Origin: an uncultured Erysipelotrichaceae bacterium
GTDB lineage: Bacteria > Bacillota_I > Bacilli_A > RF39 > UBA660
Direction of reading: 5' to 3'
Length of the DNA stretch: 43,814 bases
Assembly: GCA_902788735.1 (NCBI GenBank)
Contig: CADALJ010000006.1
Coordinates: 1-43,814, forward strand
In this document: positions 1 through 8,270 of the stretch, one piece after another
Position numbering within the stretch: the first letter of the stretch is position 1
Layout of the letters: each line of letters begins with the position of its first letter
Translations under genes and position numbers: made by a program
The notes under the pieces: model-generated
The model's database searches: none
Told to the model about the DNA's origin: nothing
What the model saw: only the letters and a program-made list of their open reading frames with translations

Positions 1-59
1 GATGATTATGTGTTTGACACCAGTTTCTCAATTTTATATGAGCAAGTAATATAGAAATC

Positions 60-88
60 TTGACAAGTATAAAAAAAAAGATTATATT
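60..88 (+). promoter_or_regulatory. sigma-A promoter of glyQS leader
   Basis: TTGACA (60-65), 17 bp spacer, TATATT (83-88). Confidence 0.75.
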
Positions 89-94
89 TAATTC

Positions 95-221
95 ATAAGT
101 GTGATGACGGGTGTGGAAAGCCAAGAGCAGTATAGATTAAAGACGATTCTTCTAGAATAAGTAAGGTGGAACCGCGGAGTTATAACTTCGTCCTTACATA
201 ATTCTAGAAGTTTTTAATTTT
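95..221 (+). ncRNA. Gly T-box riboswitch leader (short, atypical)
   Basis: AAGG-TGGAACC-GCG T-box motif at 163-176; GTAAGG/CCTTAC antiterminator helix; variable base A matches tRNA-Gly discriminator U73; lies upstream of GlyRS. Confidence 0.85.
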
Positions 222-232
222 AGGAGGAAATT

Positions 233-1603
233 ATGGAAAAATTAACAATGGAAAAATTAGTAAATTATTGTAAGCAATATGGCTTTATATTTCAAGGAAG
301 TGAAATATATGGTGGTCTTGCTAATACATGGGATTATGGTCCTTTAGGAAGTAGATTAAAAAATAATATTAAAGATTCATGGAGAAAAAGATTTATACAA
401 GAAAGACCTAATGCTTATGAAGTAGATGCAGCTATCTTAATGCATCCAAGAGTTTGGGAAGCTAGTGGTCACGTAGGAAGTTTCTCAGATCCATTAATAG
501 ATTGTAAAAATTGTAAAATGAGACATAGAGTTGATAATTTAATTGATGAATATGACCCTGAAGCCCATGCTGATGGTATGAGTCAAGATGAGATGATGAA
601 TTATATTAGAGAACACAAAGTACCATGTCCAAAATGTGGAAAAAGTGATTTTACTGATATAAGACAATTTAACTTAATGTTTGAAACTCATAGAGGTGTT
701 GTTGAAGATGGTAAAAATAAAGTTTATTTAAGACCAGAAAATGCACAAGGTGAGTATGTTAACTTCTTAAATGTTCAAAGAACTATGAGATGTAAATTAC
801 CATTTAGTATAGGTCAAATTGGTAAGGCATTTAGAAATGAAATAACTCCAGGTAATTTTACTTTTAGAACAATTGAATTTGAACAAATGGAATATCAAAC
901 TTTTTGTAAAGAAGGAACAGATAGTGATCTATATAAATACTTTAAAGAATATGGTAGAAAGTATTATATTGATTTAGGTATACCTGAAGAAAAACTTAGA
1001 TATCATGATCATGAAAAGTTAGCTCACTATGCTAAAGAAGCTTGCGATATTGAATATAACTTCTGTTTTGGATGGGGAGAAGTAAATGGTACTCATAATA
1101 GAACTAATTTCGATTTAGGAAGACATCAAGAATATTCTAAGATATCTCAAGAATATTTAGATCCTGAAACAAATGAAAAGTTTATTCCATATATTATTGA
1201 ATCTACATATGGATGTGATAGAACTACTTTAGCTATTTTAGATAATAGTTATTGTGAAGAAGAATTAGAAAATGGAGAAACAAGAGAAGTTATGAAGTTT
1301 ATTCCATATCTTGCTCCATATAAAGTATGTGTATTACCACTTGCTAAGAAATATCATGGTGAGAAAGCAACAGAAATATATAATATGTTTTCTAAATATT
1401 TTATGACTACATATGATGAATCAGGAAGTATAGGAAAACGTTATAGAAGACAAGATGCTATTGGAACACCTTGGTGTGTTACTGTAGATGATGAAACTAT
1501 TAATAATGGTACTGTTACTGTTAGAGATAGGGATACAATGGAACAAATTACATTAAAAATAGAAGATGTTATTGACTATGTAAAAGAAAGAATAAATTTT
1601 TAA
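233..1603 (+). CDS. glyQS: glycine--tRNA ligase, alpha2 (homodimeric) type
   Basis: GSEIYGG, WDYGPLG, LRPE, FRNEITPGNF-FR-EFEQME motifs and anticodon domain GSIGKRYRRQD; AGGAGG RBS. Confidence 0.97.
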   Translation: MEKLTMEKLVNYCKQYGFIFQGSEIYGGLANTWDYGPLGSRLKNNIKDSWRKRFIQERPNAYEVDAAILMHPRVWEASGHVGSFSDPLIDCKNCKMRHRVDNLIDEYDPEAHADGMSQDEMMNYIREHKVPCPKCGKSDFTDIRQFNLMFETHRGVVEDGKNKVYLRPENAQGEYVNFLNVQRTMRCKLPFSIGQIGKAFRNEITPGNFTFRTIEFEQMEYQTFCKEGTDSDLYKYFKEYGRKYYIDLGIPEEKLRYHDHEKLAHYAKEACDIEYNFCFGWGEVNGTHNRTNFDLGRHQEYSKISQEYLDPETNEKFIPYIIESTYGCDRTTLAILDNSYCEEELENGETREVMKFIPYLAPYKVCVLPLAKKYHGEKATEIYNMFSKYFMTTYDESGSIGKRYRRQDAIGTPWCVTVDDETINNGTVTVRDRDTMEQITLKIEDVIDYVKERINF

Positions 1604-1617
1604 TTCTTTCTTTTTTT
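1582..1617 (+). terminator. intrinsic terminator after glyQS
   Basis: AAAAGAAAGAAT / ATTCTTTCTTTT inverted repeat plus T run. Confidence 0.7.
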
Positions 1618-1744
1618 GTAAATTGACAAAAGAATGGCTAATAATTTATTGAAAACTTGTTAATAACTATAATATAATTTATGTGTAAAGATATATATAA
1701 CTGAGATATTTTTATATGATAAAAGGAATAAAAGAGGGAATAAT

Positions 1745-2893
1745 ATGAAGGTAAGGACAATTAAAAACTGGATTATATTAGTATTATTAACTGTTTATAT
1801 AGTTTTATATAAATTATTTATATTTGAAAACTATATGAAGTATTCTGAGTTTATTAGTGTTTCTTTTTTAGGAGTGGTATTAGCTTTAAGTATCATATTT
1901 TTAGGATATAGAAAAGATAAGACAACTATTCTAGGTAAAAATATATTTAAAGTAGTAATTTTTTATATATTACTGGCTTTCTTTATTATGTATGGAATGG
2001 GAATAATTGTAGGATTTTTAAAGAATGCATATTCAAGGAGTTTTATAAGCATATTTGAAAATACCTTTTCACCTATACTTACAATATTATTGGTTGAATT
2101 TATAAGATATATATTTATTTCTGCTAATAAAGATAAGAAAGCTATAATTACTATATTTACTGTTCTTTTAATACTATTTGAAATATTTACGACAGTTCGT
2201 GCATTTGATATTTCTGATTTAGCTGTAACTTTTAATGTTACTGCTACGGTAATTTTACCTTGTATATTTAAAAATATATTATTGAGTTATTTAGCATATC
2301 ACGTTGGCTATAGGATACCTATTGTTTATAGATTAGTAATGGATATTTATTTATTTGTTGTACCTATAGTACCCAGTTTAGGTGATTACGTAAACTCAAT
2401 GATATTAATATCCTTACCAATACTGATTTATATTAGTGTATGTGGGATAGTTGATGATGCACAAAATAGAGCCGAACCAGTATTTAATAAGAAAAGATTT
2501 ACAGTATGGGATATACCAGTTGCTATAGTACTTGTTACTTTAGTTGCTTTAATTTCTGGATTTTTTCCACATTATATGATTGGAATAGGATCTAATTCTA
2601 TGAAACCAGTAATTAGTAAGGGTGACGCTGTTGTATTAGAAAAAGTAAATGAAAAGACAAAATTAAAAAAAGGTGATATAATAGCTTATAATAATGGTAA
2701 GTTAATAATAGTACATAGAATTCATAAAATTACAGGTAATGAACAGAGAAAAACTTATATTATGAAAGGTGATGCTAATAATGGTACTGATCCTCGTCCT
2801 GTATCAAGAAATCAAATACAGGGAGTTGTTAAATTAAGAATACCTTATATAGCTTGGCCTACAGTCTGGTTAACAGAACTATTTAATAGATAG
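1745..2893 (+). CDS. sipW: SipW/ER-type (S26B) signal peptidase I fused to N-terminal multi-pass membrane domain
   Basis: C-terminal GSNSMKP..KGD, IVHRI and KGDAN..D motifs (Ser-His type); about 7 hydrophobic segments upstream. Confidence 0.85.
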   Translation: MKVRTIKNWIILVLLTVYIVLYKLFIFENYMKYSEFISVSFLGVVLALSIIFLGYRKDKTTILGKNIFKVVIFYILLAFFIMYGMGIIVGFLKNAYSRSFISIFENTFSPILTILLVEFIRYIFISANKDKKAIITIFTVLLILFEIFTTVRAFDISDLAVTFNVTATVILPCIFKNILLSYLAYHVGYRIPIVYRLVMDIYLFVVPIVPSLGDYVNSMILISLPILIYISVCGIVDDAQNRAEPVFNKKRFTVWDIPVAIVLVTLVALISGFFPHYMIGIGSNSMKPVISKGDAVVLEKVNEKTKLKKGDIIAYNNGKLIIVHRIHKITGNEQRKTYIMKGDANNGTDPRPVSRNQIQGVVKLRIPYIAWPTVWLTELFNR

Positions 2894-2905
2894 GAGAGAT
2901 ATAAA

Positions 2906-3559
2906 ATGAAGGAGAATATAAAGGGCATATTATTTATAGTGGTTTCATTGATTTTAGGATTAGGAGCATATTATTTATATACTCATGATTTTGTTGGTTA
3001 TGCGCTTGTTGGTGCTACAGCGAGTGTGATATTAATTATATTTGGAATTATTTTTATCTTAAATAGTGGTGACCCAACAAAAATATATGAAAACAATATA
3101 AAGAATATTTTAAATACATTTGATTCCATTTTAGTTAAGAGTAATACAGTACCAAAATTAGTTGGACGTAATATTATTCTAGTGGAAGATATTGATGATA
3201 TGATTGATGCGCAGTTAGAGATTAGAAAACCTATTTGTTATTATAAGCAAACTGAGTCATGTTCATTTGTGCTTTTGGATGATAAAGAAGCTTATATTTA
3301 TATAGAAAAGTTAAATCAAGATGTAGTATCACCAATAGAAATAGAAATTGATTCTATCAAATTAAAACAAAAAAATTCAGAAGATTTAGATTCTGAAATG
3401 TTAAAAGACATAGAGAAGACTACGATAGTAAAACTATCTAATAAAAAAAGTTATAAGGTTTCTCCAATAAATAGAGTTGATAGGCCATATACTAAAGAAT
3501 CAAAAACTGAAGTAGAGGAAAATAAGAATTCAACTATTGAAGATATAGAAATTTTATAA
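2906..3559 (+). CDS. 2-TM membrane protein with DUF5305-like C-terminal domain
   Basis: two N-terminal TM helices; cytoplasmic domain aligns by eye with C-terminus of 22115..23227. Confidence 0.6.
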   Translation: MKENIKGILFIVVSLILGLGAYYLYTHDFVGYALVGATASVILIIFGIIFILNSGDPTKIYENNIKNILNTFDSILVKSNTVPKLVGRNIILVEDIDDMIDAQLEIRKPICYYKQTESCSFVLLDDKEAYIYIEKLNQDVVSPIEIEIDSIKLKQKNSEDLDSEMLKDIEKTTIVKLSNKKSYKVSPINRVDRPYTKESKTEVEENKNSTIEDIEIL

Positions 3560-3589
3560 TTTAAATAATAAACTAATAGGAGGGATAAG

Positions 3590-4375
3590 ATGAAGAAGAA
3601 AAGACTACGTTATAGTAGGAAAAGAATATTTATTGGCTTATTCCTTTTTTTATTTTTAATGGTTATAGGAGTAGGATATGCGTTAGTTACTACTAAATTA
3701 GAAGTAGATGGAATAGTACATGTTAAGGATGCTAGATGGGATGTGCAATTTAGTAATTTTCAACCAATTGCAGGTAGTGTTTTACCAATTTCTAATCCAA
3801 CTATAACAGATACTTCTATTAGTTTTTCTGCAAAAGTAGATGATATAGGAGATTTCTATGGATTCACAATTGATGTTACTAATCAAGGTACTATTAATGC
3901 AGATATAAGTGGTTTTTTATTTACACCAGATTTTTCTGATGTGGATTATATAGAATCTATTGTTGAATATTCTAATGGTATTCAAATAGAGGAAGGGGAT
4001 ATATTAGCTGCTGGTAAAACAAAAACAATTAAGGTCTTATTGAAATATAAAGATGATTTAAATGAAGAATTGTATCCAATAGAGGATCAATTATTTAATG
4101 TAGTTTTATCACTAGATTATGAGCAATATGTTGGAACTGAGAAAAATAAGATAGTACTTGATTCTAATGGAGAAGATGCTAGTGTAACTCCTAATGTATT
4201 AAAAAGAGACACTGGTAGTTATGCATTGGATCTACCAACTCCAATAAGAAATAATTATACTTTTGATGGATGGTATACAGCTAGGGATGGTGGAGATTTA
4301 GTTGATGATAATACATTGATTGATGATGATACAATATATTATGCTCATTGGAAATTGGATAGTAGTGGAGAGTAG
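3590..4375 (+). CDS. TasA/camelysin-like secreted protein with C-terminal InlB B-repeat (Flg_new)
   Basis: basic N-terminus, TM, GYA cleavage-like site; GDFYGFTIDVTNQGTINA resembles TasA PGD..F...N.GS; C-terminal P.R.NYTFDGWYT...YYAHW repeat. Confidence 0.65.
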   Translation: MKKKRLRYSRKRIFIGLFLFLFLMVIGVGYALVTTKLEVDGIVHVKDARWDVQFSNFQPIAGSVLPISNPTITDTSISFSAKVDDIGDFYGFTIDVTNQGTINADISGFLFTPDFSDVDYIESIVEYSNGIQIEEGDILAAGKTKTIKVLLKYKDDLNEELYPIEDQLFNVVLSLDYEQYVGTEKNKIVLDSNGEDASVTPNVLKRDTGSYALDLPTPIRNNYTFDGWYTARDGGDLVDDNTLIDDDTIYYAHWKLDSSGE

Positions 4376-4416
4376 TTAGATAAAGATGAGCATTTATAAT
4401 AATATGGGAGGCAATT

Positions 4417-5106
4417 ATGGTAAAAATAGGTATTCCATTAAGATATAGTCATTTAGAAGATGGTAGAAGTATTTTGTATTTAGCTGAACAAGTTAGACGC
4501 ACTTTTCAAAAAGCAGGTGCTTTTATAATTCCAATTGTTCCAAATCAAGATGTAGATTATGCAAATACTAGATATAATGATCAAGTTGAATTGAGTGAAC
4601 AAGAAAAAAAAGAAGTAGATGAATATTTGGATTTAGTGGATGGTGTAGTATTTCCAGGTGGATTTAAAATAACAAAATATGATGAATATTTACTTGAAAG
4701 ATGTGTAGAAAGAGATATTCCAACTTTAGGAATTTGTTTAGGAATGCAGTTGATGAGTTGTTATAAAGAAAAGTACTATGTTTATCCTAATGATTCATTT
4801 ATAAATCATAAACAAGAAAATGATAATGAATTAACTCATAAGGTTATGATAAATAATGATTCTTGTTTATATAAAATATTGGAAAAGAACGAAATAATGG
4901 TTAATAGTTTTCATAAATATCATGCTAATCCTAATGAATTCTTTAGTGTTAGTGCAAAGAGTGAAGATGGATATATTGAGGCTATTGAATTGAAGGATAA
5001 AAAGTTCATTATGGGTGTACAATGGCATCCAGAGATTAGTTATGATTATGATGATGATTCGAAAAAAATAATAAATTATTTTCTTAGTAAATGTAAAATT
5101 AATTAA
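4417..5106 (+). CDS. gamma-glutamyl-gamma-aminobutyrate hydrolase family (peptidase C26, class I glutamine amidotransferase-like)
   Basis: PGG, LGICLGMQ nucleophile elbow, VNSFH, GVQWHPE. Confidence 0.9.
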   Translation: MVKIGIPLRYSHLEDGRSILYLAEQVRRTFQKAGAFIIPIVPNQDVDYANTRYNDQVELSEQEKKEVDEYLDLVDGVVFPGGFKITKYDEYLLERCVERDIPTLGICLGMQLMSCYKEKYYVYPNDSFINHKQENDNELTHKVMINNDSCLYKILEKNEIMVNSFHKYHANPNEFFSVSAKSEDGYIEAIELKDKKFIMGVQWHPEISYDYDDDSKKIINYFLSKCKIN

Positions 5107-5150
5107 ATAGATATATAAATAGTTTGCATTGTGATATAATCAATATATGA

Positions 5151-5930
5151 ATGATAGGAGGTTTTTTATGGAAAATCAAGGTCAACAATTTGAATATCAC
5201 AATAATATTGTTAGTTTTATTATTGGTATTAGTTTCAATAACAATAGGTTATGCAGTTTTATCAACATCATTTAATGTTGTTGGTACATCTACAATTGCA
5301 GGTAAATGGTGTGTTGGGCCTAAATGTGGAACAGGAAATAGTGCATGTGATAATATTAGCACATGTCAAAATCCTCCAATTGAATGTCCAAATAATGATT
5401 GTATAATCACTGATTGTGATAAAAATCCATCTTTATGTAATTGTGATTCAAATTCTTTTGAATGTGCTGGGCCAACTGCAATAGATTGTACACAAGATCC
5501 TGATAAATCCGATTCAACAAAATGTGTTTGTGATGCAAATGGTTCATGTAAACCTATGGCACAAGTGTGGTTAATTGGAGAATCTATATATTTTAGAAAT
5601 ACATTAAATGAGCCAGGTGATGTATTTACATTTAATACTACTTATATAAATGGAGGTAGTATAGATGCAAAACTTGGATCATTTACTAAGAGTACATTAA
5701 ACGAAACAGCACAACAATTTTTAACATATGAAGTTAAAAATGCTGATGGTTCTCTAATTGAAAATAATGAACCTTTAAATGTAGGAGATTCACATACTTA
5801 TAGAGTAACAGTTACATATAAAAATGTAGATGTATTACCAACATCAGAGCAAATTGATTTAATAAATGAAGTGGCTAATGGTCATGTAGGGGCTACTTCG
5901 ACATTTACAGCTAATTATGTACAAAAATAA
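5151..5930 (+). CDS. TasA/camelysin-like secreted protein with Cys-rich insert (start uncertain)
   Basis: TM followed by IGYAVLSTSFNVVG; LNEPGDVFTF...NGGSIDA motif; ends F.ANYVQK; best RBS points to an out-of-frame ATG at 5168. Confidence 0.65.
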   Translation: MIGGFLWKIKVNNLNITIILLVLLLVLVSITIGYAVLSTSFNVVGTSTIAGKWCVGPKCGTGNSACDNISTCQNPPIECPNNDCIITDCDKNPSLCNCDSNSFECAGPTAIDCTQDPDKSDSTKCVCDANGSCKPMAQVWLIGESIYFRNTLNEPGDVFTFNTTYINGGSIDAKLGSFTKSTLNETAQQFLTYEVKNADGSLIENNEPLNVGDSHTYRVTVTYKNVDVLPTSEQIDLINEVANGHVGATSTFTANYVQK

Positions 5931-5956
5931 AGGCTAGAATTCTAGCTTTTTTTTTG
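5931..5956 (+). terminator. intrinsic terminator
   Basis: GGCTAG-AATT-CTAGCT hairpin plus long T run. Confidence 0.7.
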
Positions 5957-5984
5957 TTATAATAAGGAACCAATAGGTGATGCT

Positions 5985-6947
5985 ATGACTAAAAAAGAAA
6001 TAGAAAAAATAATCGATTATCTTAGTATTAAGGGATGTTTTAGTAGTTGTTTTAATGGTTATTCTAAGATGTATAGTATGACTACTGAAAATATTAGTGG
6101 TTTTCTTAATAAACATGATTTAAAAGATAAAAAAGTATTAACGGTAGCTGGTAGTGGTGATCAAAGATATAATTGCTATTTAAATGGTGCAAAAGAAGTA
6201 GTTTGTTTTGATGTTAATCCACTTGCAGAACTTCATATGAGATTAAAGGATACTGCTATGCAAGAGTTGAATTATACAGACTTTCTTAAATTCTTTGGTG
6301 TTATTATTGATAGTAGTGGTAATAATTTTTTAAATTTTGATATTTTTAATAAGTTTAAAAGATATTTAGATAATGATGTTTATTTATTTTATGACTTTTT
6401 AATTAATAAGTTTAGGAAGACTCCTTTACAAAATGCTTATGAAGATTTTTTATATAATTATACTACTATAAGAGAATTTGATGATTACATTGTTAAGAGT
6501 AATTTTATGAAGATTGCTAATAGTATAGGTGATAAAGATATTAAATTTTTGAATGTTAATGTAGCTAATCTACCGGAAGTATTAGATGGAGAAAAATTTG
6601 ATATGATACTTTTATCTAATATTAGTGACTATATTCATTATATTTATCCATATCCAGAAAACCATATGAAGAAATATAAAGAATTAGTGGATAAATTAGT
6701 TGATAATTTATATGATGGGGGTATTATTCAATTAGGATATATATATTCCAATTATGACGATTGTAAGCGATATGATGATTATAGTAAATTCCGTTTTGAT
6801 GAAAGTAGAAATAAGTATTTTCCATTTACTAAGTATTTTGTTGAAAATGTTCATTCATATTATGGTGGTAGAAAATATGATAAGGTTATTACTTACCAGA
6901 AAAATTTAAAGATTAAAGTATATAATATAGTGCAAAGAAAGTGGTGA
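5985..6947 (+). CDS. DUF3419/BtaA-like SAM-dependent transferase
   Basis: VLTVAGSGD motif I, FDVNP, FDMILLSNISDY. Confidence 0.7.
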   Translation: MTKKEIEKIIDYLSIKGCFSSCFNGYSKMYSMTTENISGFLNKHDLKDKKVLTVAGSGDQRYNCYLNGAKEVVCFDVNPLAELHMRLKDTAMQELNYTDFLKFFGVIIDSSGNNFLNFDIFNKFKRYLDNDVYLFYDFLINKFRKTPLQNAYEDFLYNYTTIREFDDYIVKSNFMKIANSIGDKDIKFLNVNVANLPEVLDGEKFDMILLSNISDYIHYIYPYPENHMKKYKELVDKLVDNLYDGGIIQLGYIYSNYDDCKRYDDYSKFRFDESRNKYFPFTKYFVENVHSYYGGRKYDKVITYQKNLKIKVYNIVQRKW

Positions 6948-6951
6948 TATT

Positions 6952-7524
6952 ATGAAATATGCAATTTTAACTTTATATGATGGAAAACATGTTGATGAAA
7001 TAATTAAGGATGGAAGATTTTCTGTTGTTAGAAAAAAATTACCTATTTATGCAGAAGCATCTCAGGGATATTATAATGAGCTTTACATAAGCGGTTATCG
7101 TAATGTAGTTGGCATGTATTATAAAAATCCAGAAACTAATAAAGATTTTCCATTTATGTTAGAAGAAATAAGTACACGTGTTTTTGAAGATATTGTTACA
7201 GGAATTCATATTTCTCAAAAGGCAATAATGAAAGGTGTAGCAGTAAATCGTTATGCGGCAATAAATAATTATTTGAGTGGAAGTCAGTATATATCTTGCG
7301 ACGCTAATTCTGTTGCTCAATATTTAAAAGAAATGAATAAAAATGATATGCATATATATAAGGAAAAACTACAAAATTTAGGCGATATATTGGTTGAATG
7401 TTATTATGAATCGAAAAGGCAAGAAAAAGAAGAACAACTTGCAAAGGAAAGACAATTTCGAAAAAGTATGGAAGATGAGAACTATATAAGACAGTTTATT
7501 AAAAATAGAAATAAGGATAATTAA
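6952..7524 (+). CDS. hypothetical protein
   Basis: 190 aa ORF with GGTG RBS, C-terminal coiled coil, no recognised motif. Confidence 0.7.
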   Translation: MKYAILTLYDGKHVDEIIKDGRFSVVRKKLPIYAEASQGYYNELYISGYRNVVGMYYKNPETNKDFPFMLEEISTRVFEDIVTGIHISQKAIMKGVAVNRYAAINNYLSGSQYISCDANSVAQYLKEMNKNDMHIYKEKLQNLGDILVECYYESKRQEKEEQLAKERQFRKSMEDENYIRQFIKNRNKDN

Positions 7525-7551
7525 AAAAATATTGTTTAATAGTAAAAAGTG

Positions 7552-7580
7552 TTGACAAATAAGAGTTTTTATAATAAAAT
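7552..7580 (+). promoter_or_regulatory. sigma-A promoter of infC operon
   Basis: TTGACA-17 bp-TAAAAT. Confidence 0.8.
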
Positions 7581-7589
7581 ACTACTAGT

Positions 7590-7703
7590 CAAGAAAAAAA
7601 GGAAAGAGATTTATATCCACCTGATCAGCGAATAGCGATAGAATTATTTTTAATTTTAATATGGTTTTTAAGCGGATATAAATTTTATATCTGCTTTTCT
7701 TAT
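7590..7703 (+). ncRNA. L20-leader-like attenuator of infC-rpmI-rplT
   Basis: CACCTGAT motif; terminator AAGCGGATATAAA/TTTATATCTGCTT plus T run; upstream ATTTATATCC can pair with its 5' arm (antiterminator). Confidence 0.7.
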
Positions 7704-7720
7704 TTATGGAGGTGTTAGAT

Positions 7721-8251
7721 ATCGCAAAGAATAATGATAACATGTTGGTTAATGAGCAAGTAAGGGTTCCTGAAGTATTAGTAATAGGACCAAACGGAGA
7801 GCAAGTGGGTGTTAAGAGAATAGAGGATGCACGTACGTTAGCATCTTATGCTGGACTTGATTTAGTTTTAATAAGCCCAAATGCAAATCCACCAGTTTGT
7901 AAAGTAATGGATTATAATAAGTTCCGTTATGAAAAACAAAAAAAAGCTAAAGAAGCTTTAAAGAAACAAAAGGCTACTATGTCAGAACTTAAAGAGTATC
8001 GTTTATCACCAGTTATTGATGTTGGAGATTTTGAGACTAAATTAAGAGCTGCAACTAAGTATCTAGAAAAGGGAGATAAAATAAAACTTACTATTCGTTT
8101 TAAGGGTCGTCAAATGGCTCATACAGAATTAGGTATGGATGTTTTAAATCGTTTTGCCGACAGAGTTAAAGATTATGCAGATATAGAACAAAGTCCTAAG
8201 TTAGATGGAAAGACTATGACTTGTGTTTTAGCGCCAAAGAAAGACAAATAA
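7721..8251 (+). CDS. infC: translation initiation factor IF-3 (probable ATC start)
   Basis: NEQVR, GLDLV, PPVCKVMDY, RFKGRQMAH; GGAGGTG RBS lies 6 nt before ATC at 7721. Confidence 0.95.
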   Translation: MAKNNDNMLVNEQVRVPEVLVIGPNGEQVGVKRIEDARTLASYAGLDLVLISPNANPPVCKVMDYNKFRYEKQKKAKEALKKQKATMSELKEYRLSPVIDVGDFETKLRAATKYLEKGDKIKLTIRFKGRQMAHTELGMDVLNRFADRVKDYADIEQSPKLDGKTMTCVLAPKKDK

Positions 8252-8270
8252 TATTAAGGAGGAGTTAAAT

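Noticed and set aside
1-54. 3' end of an upstream ORF
   Set aside because: Too short to determine frame or identity.
5934-6116. 60-aa minus-strand ORF
   Set aside because: Overlaps the DUF3419-like gene and its terminator/promoter; no independent signals.
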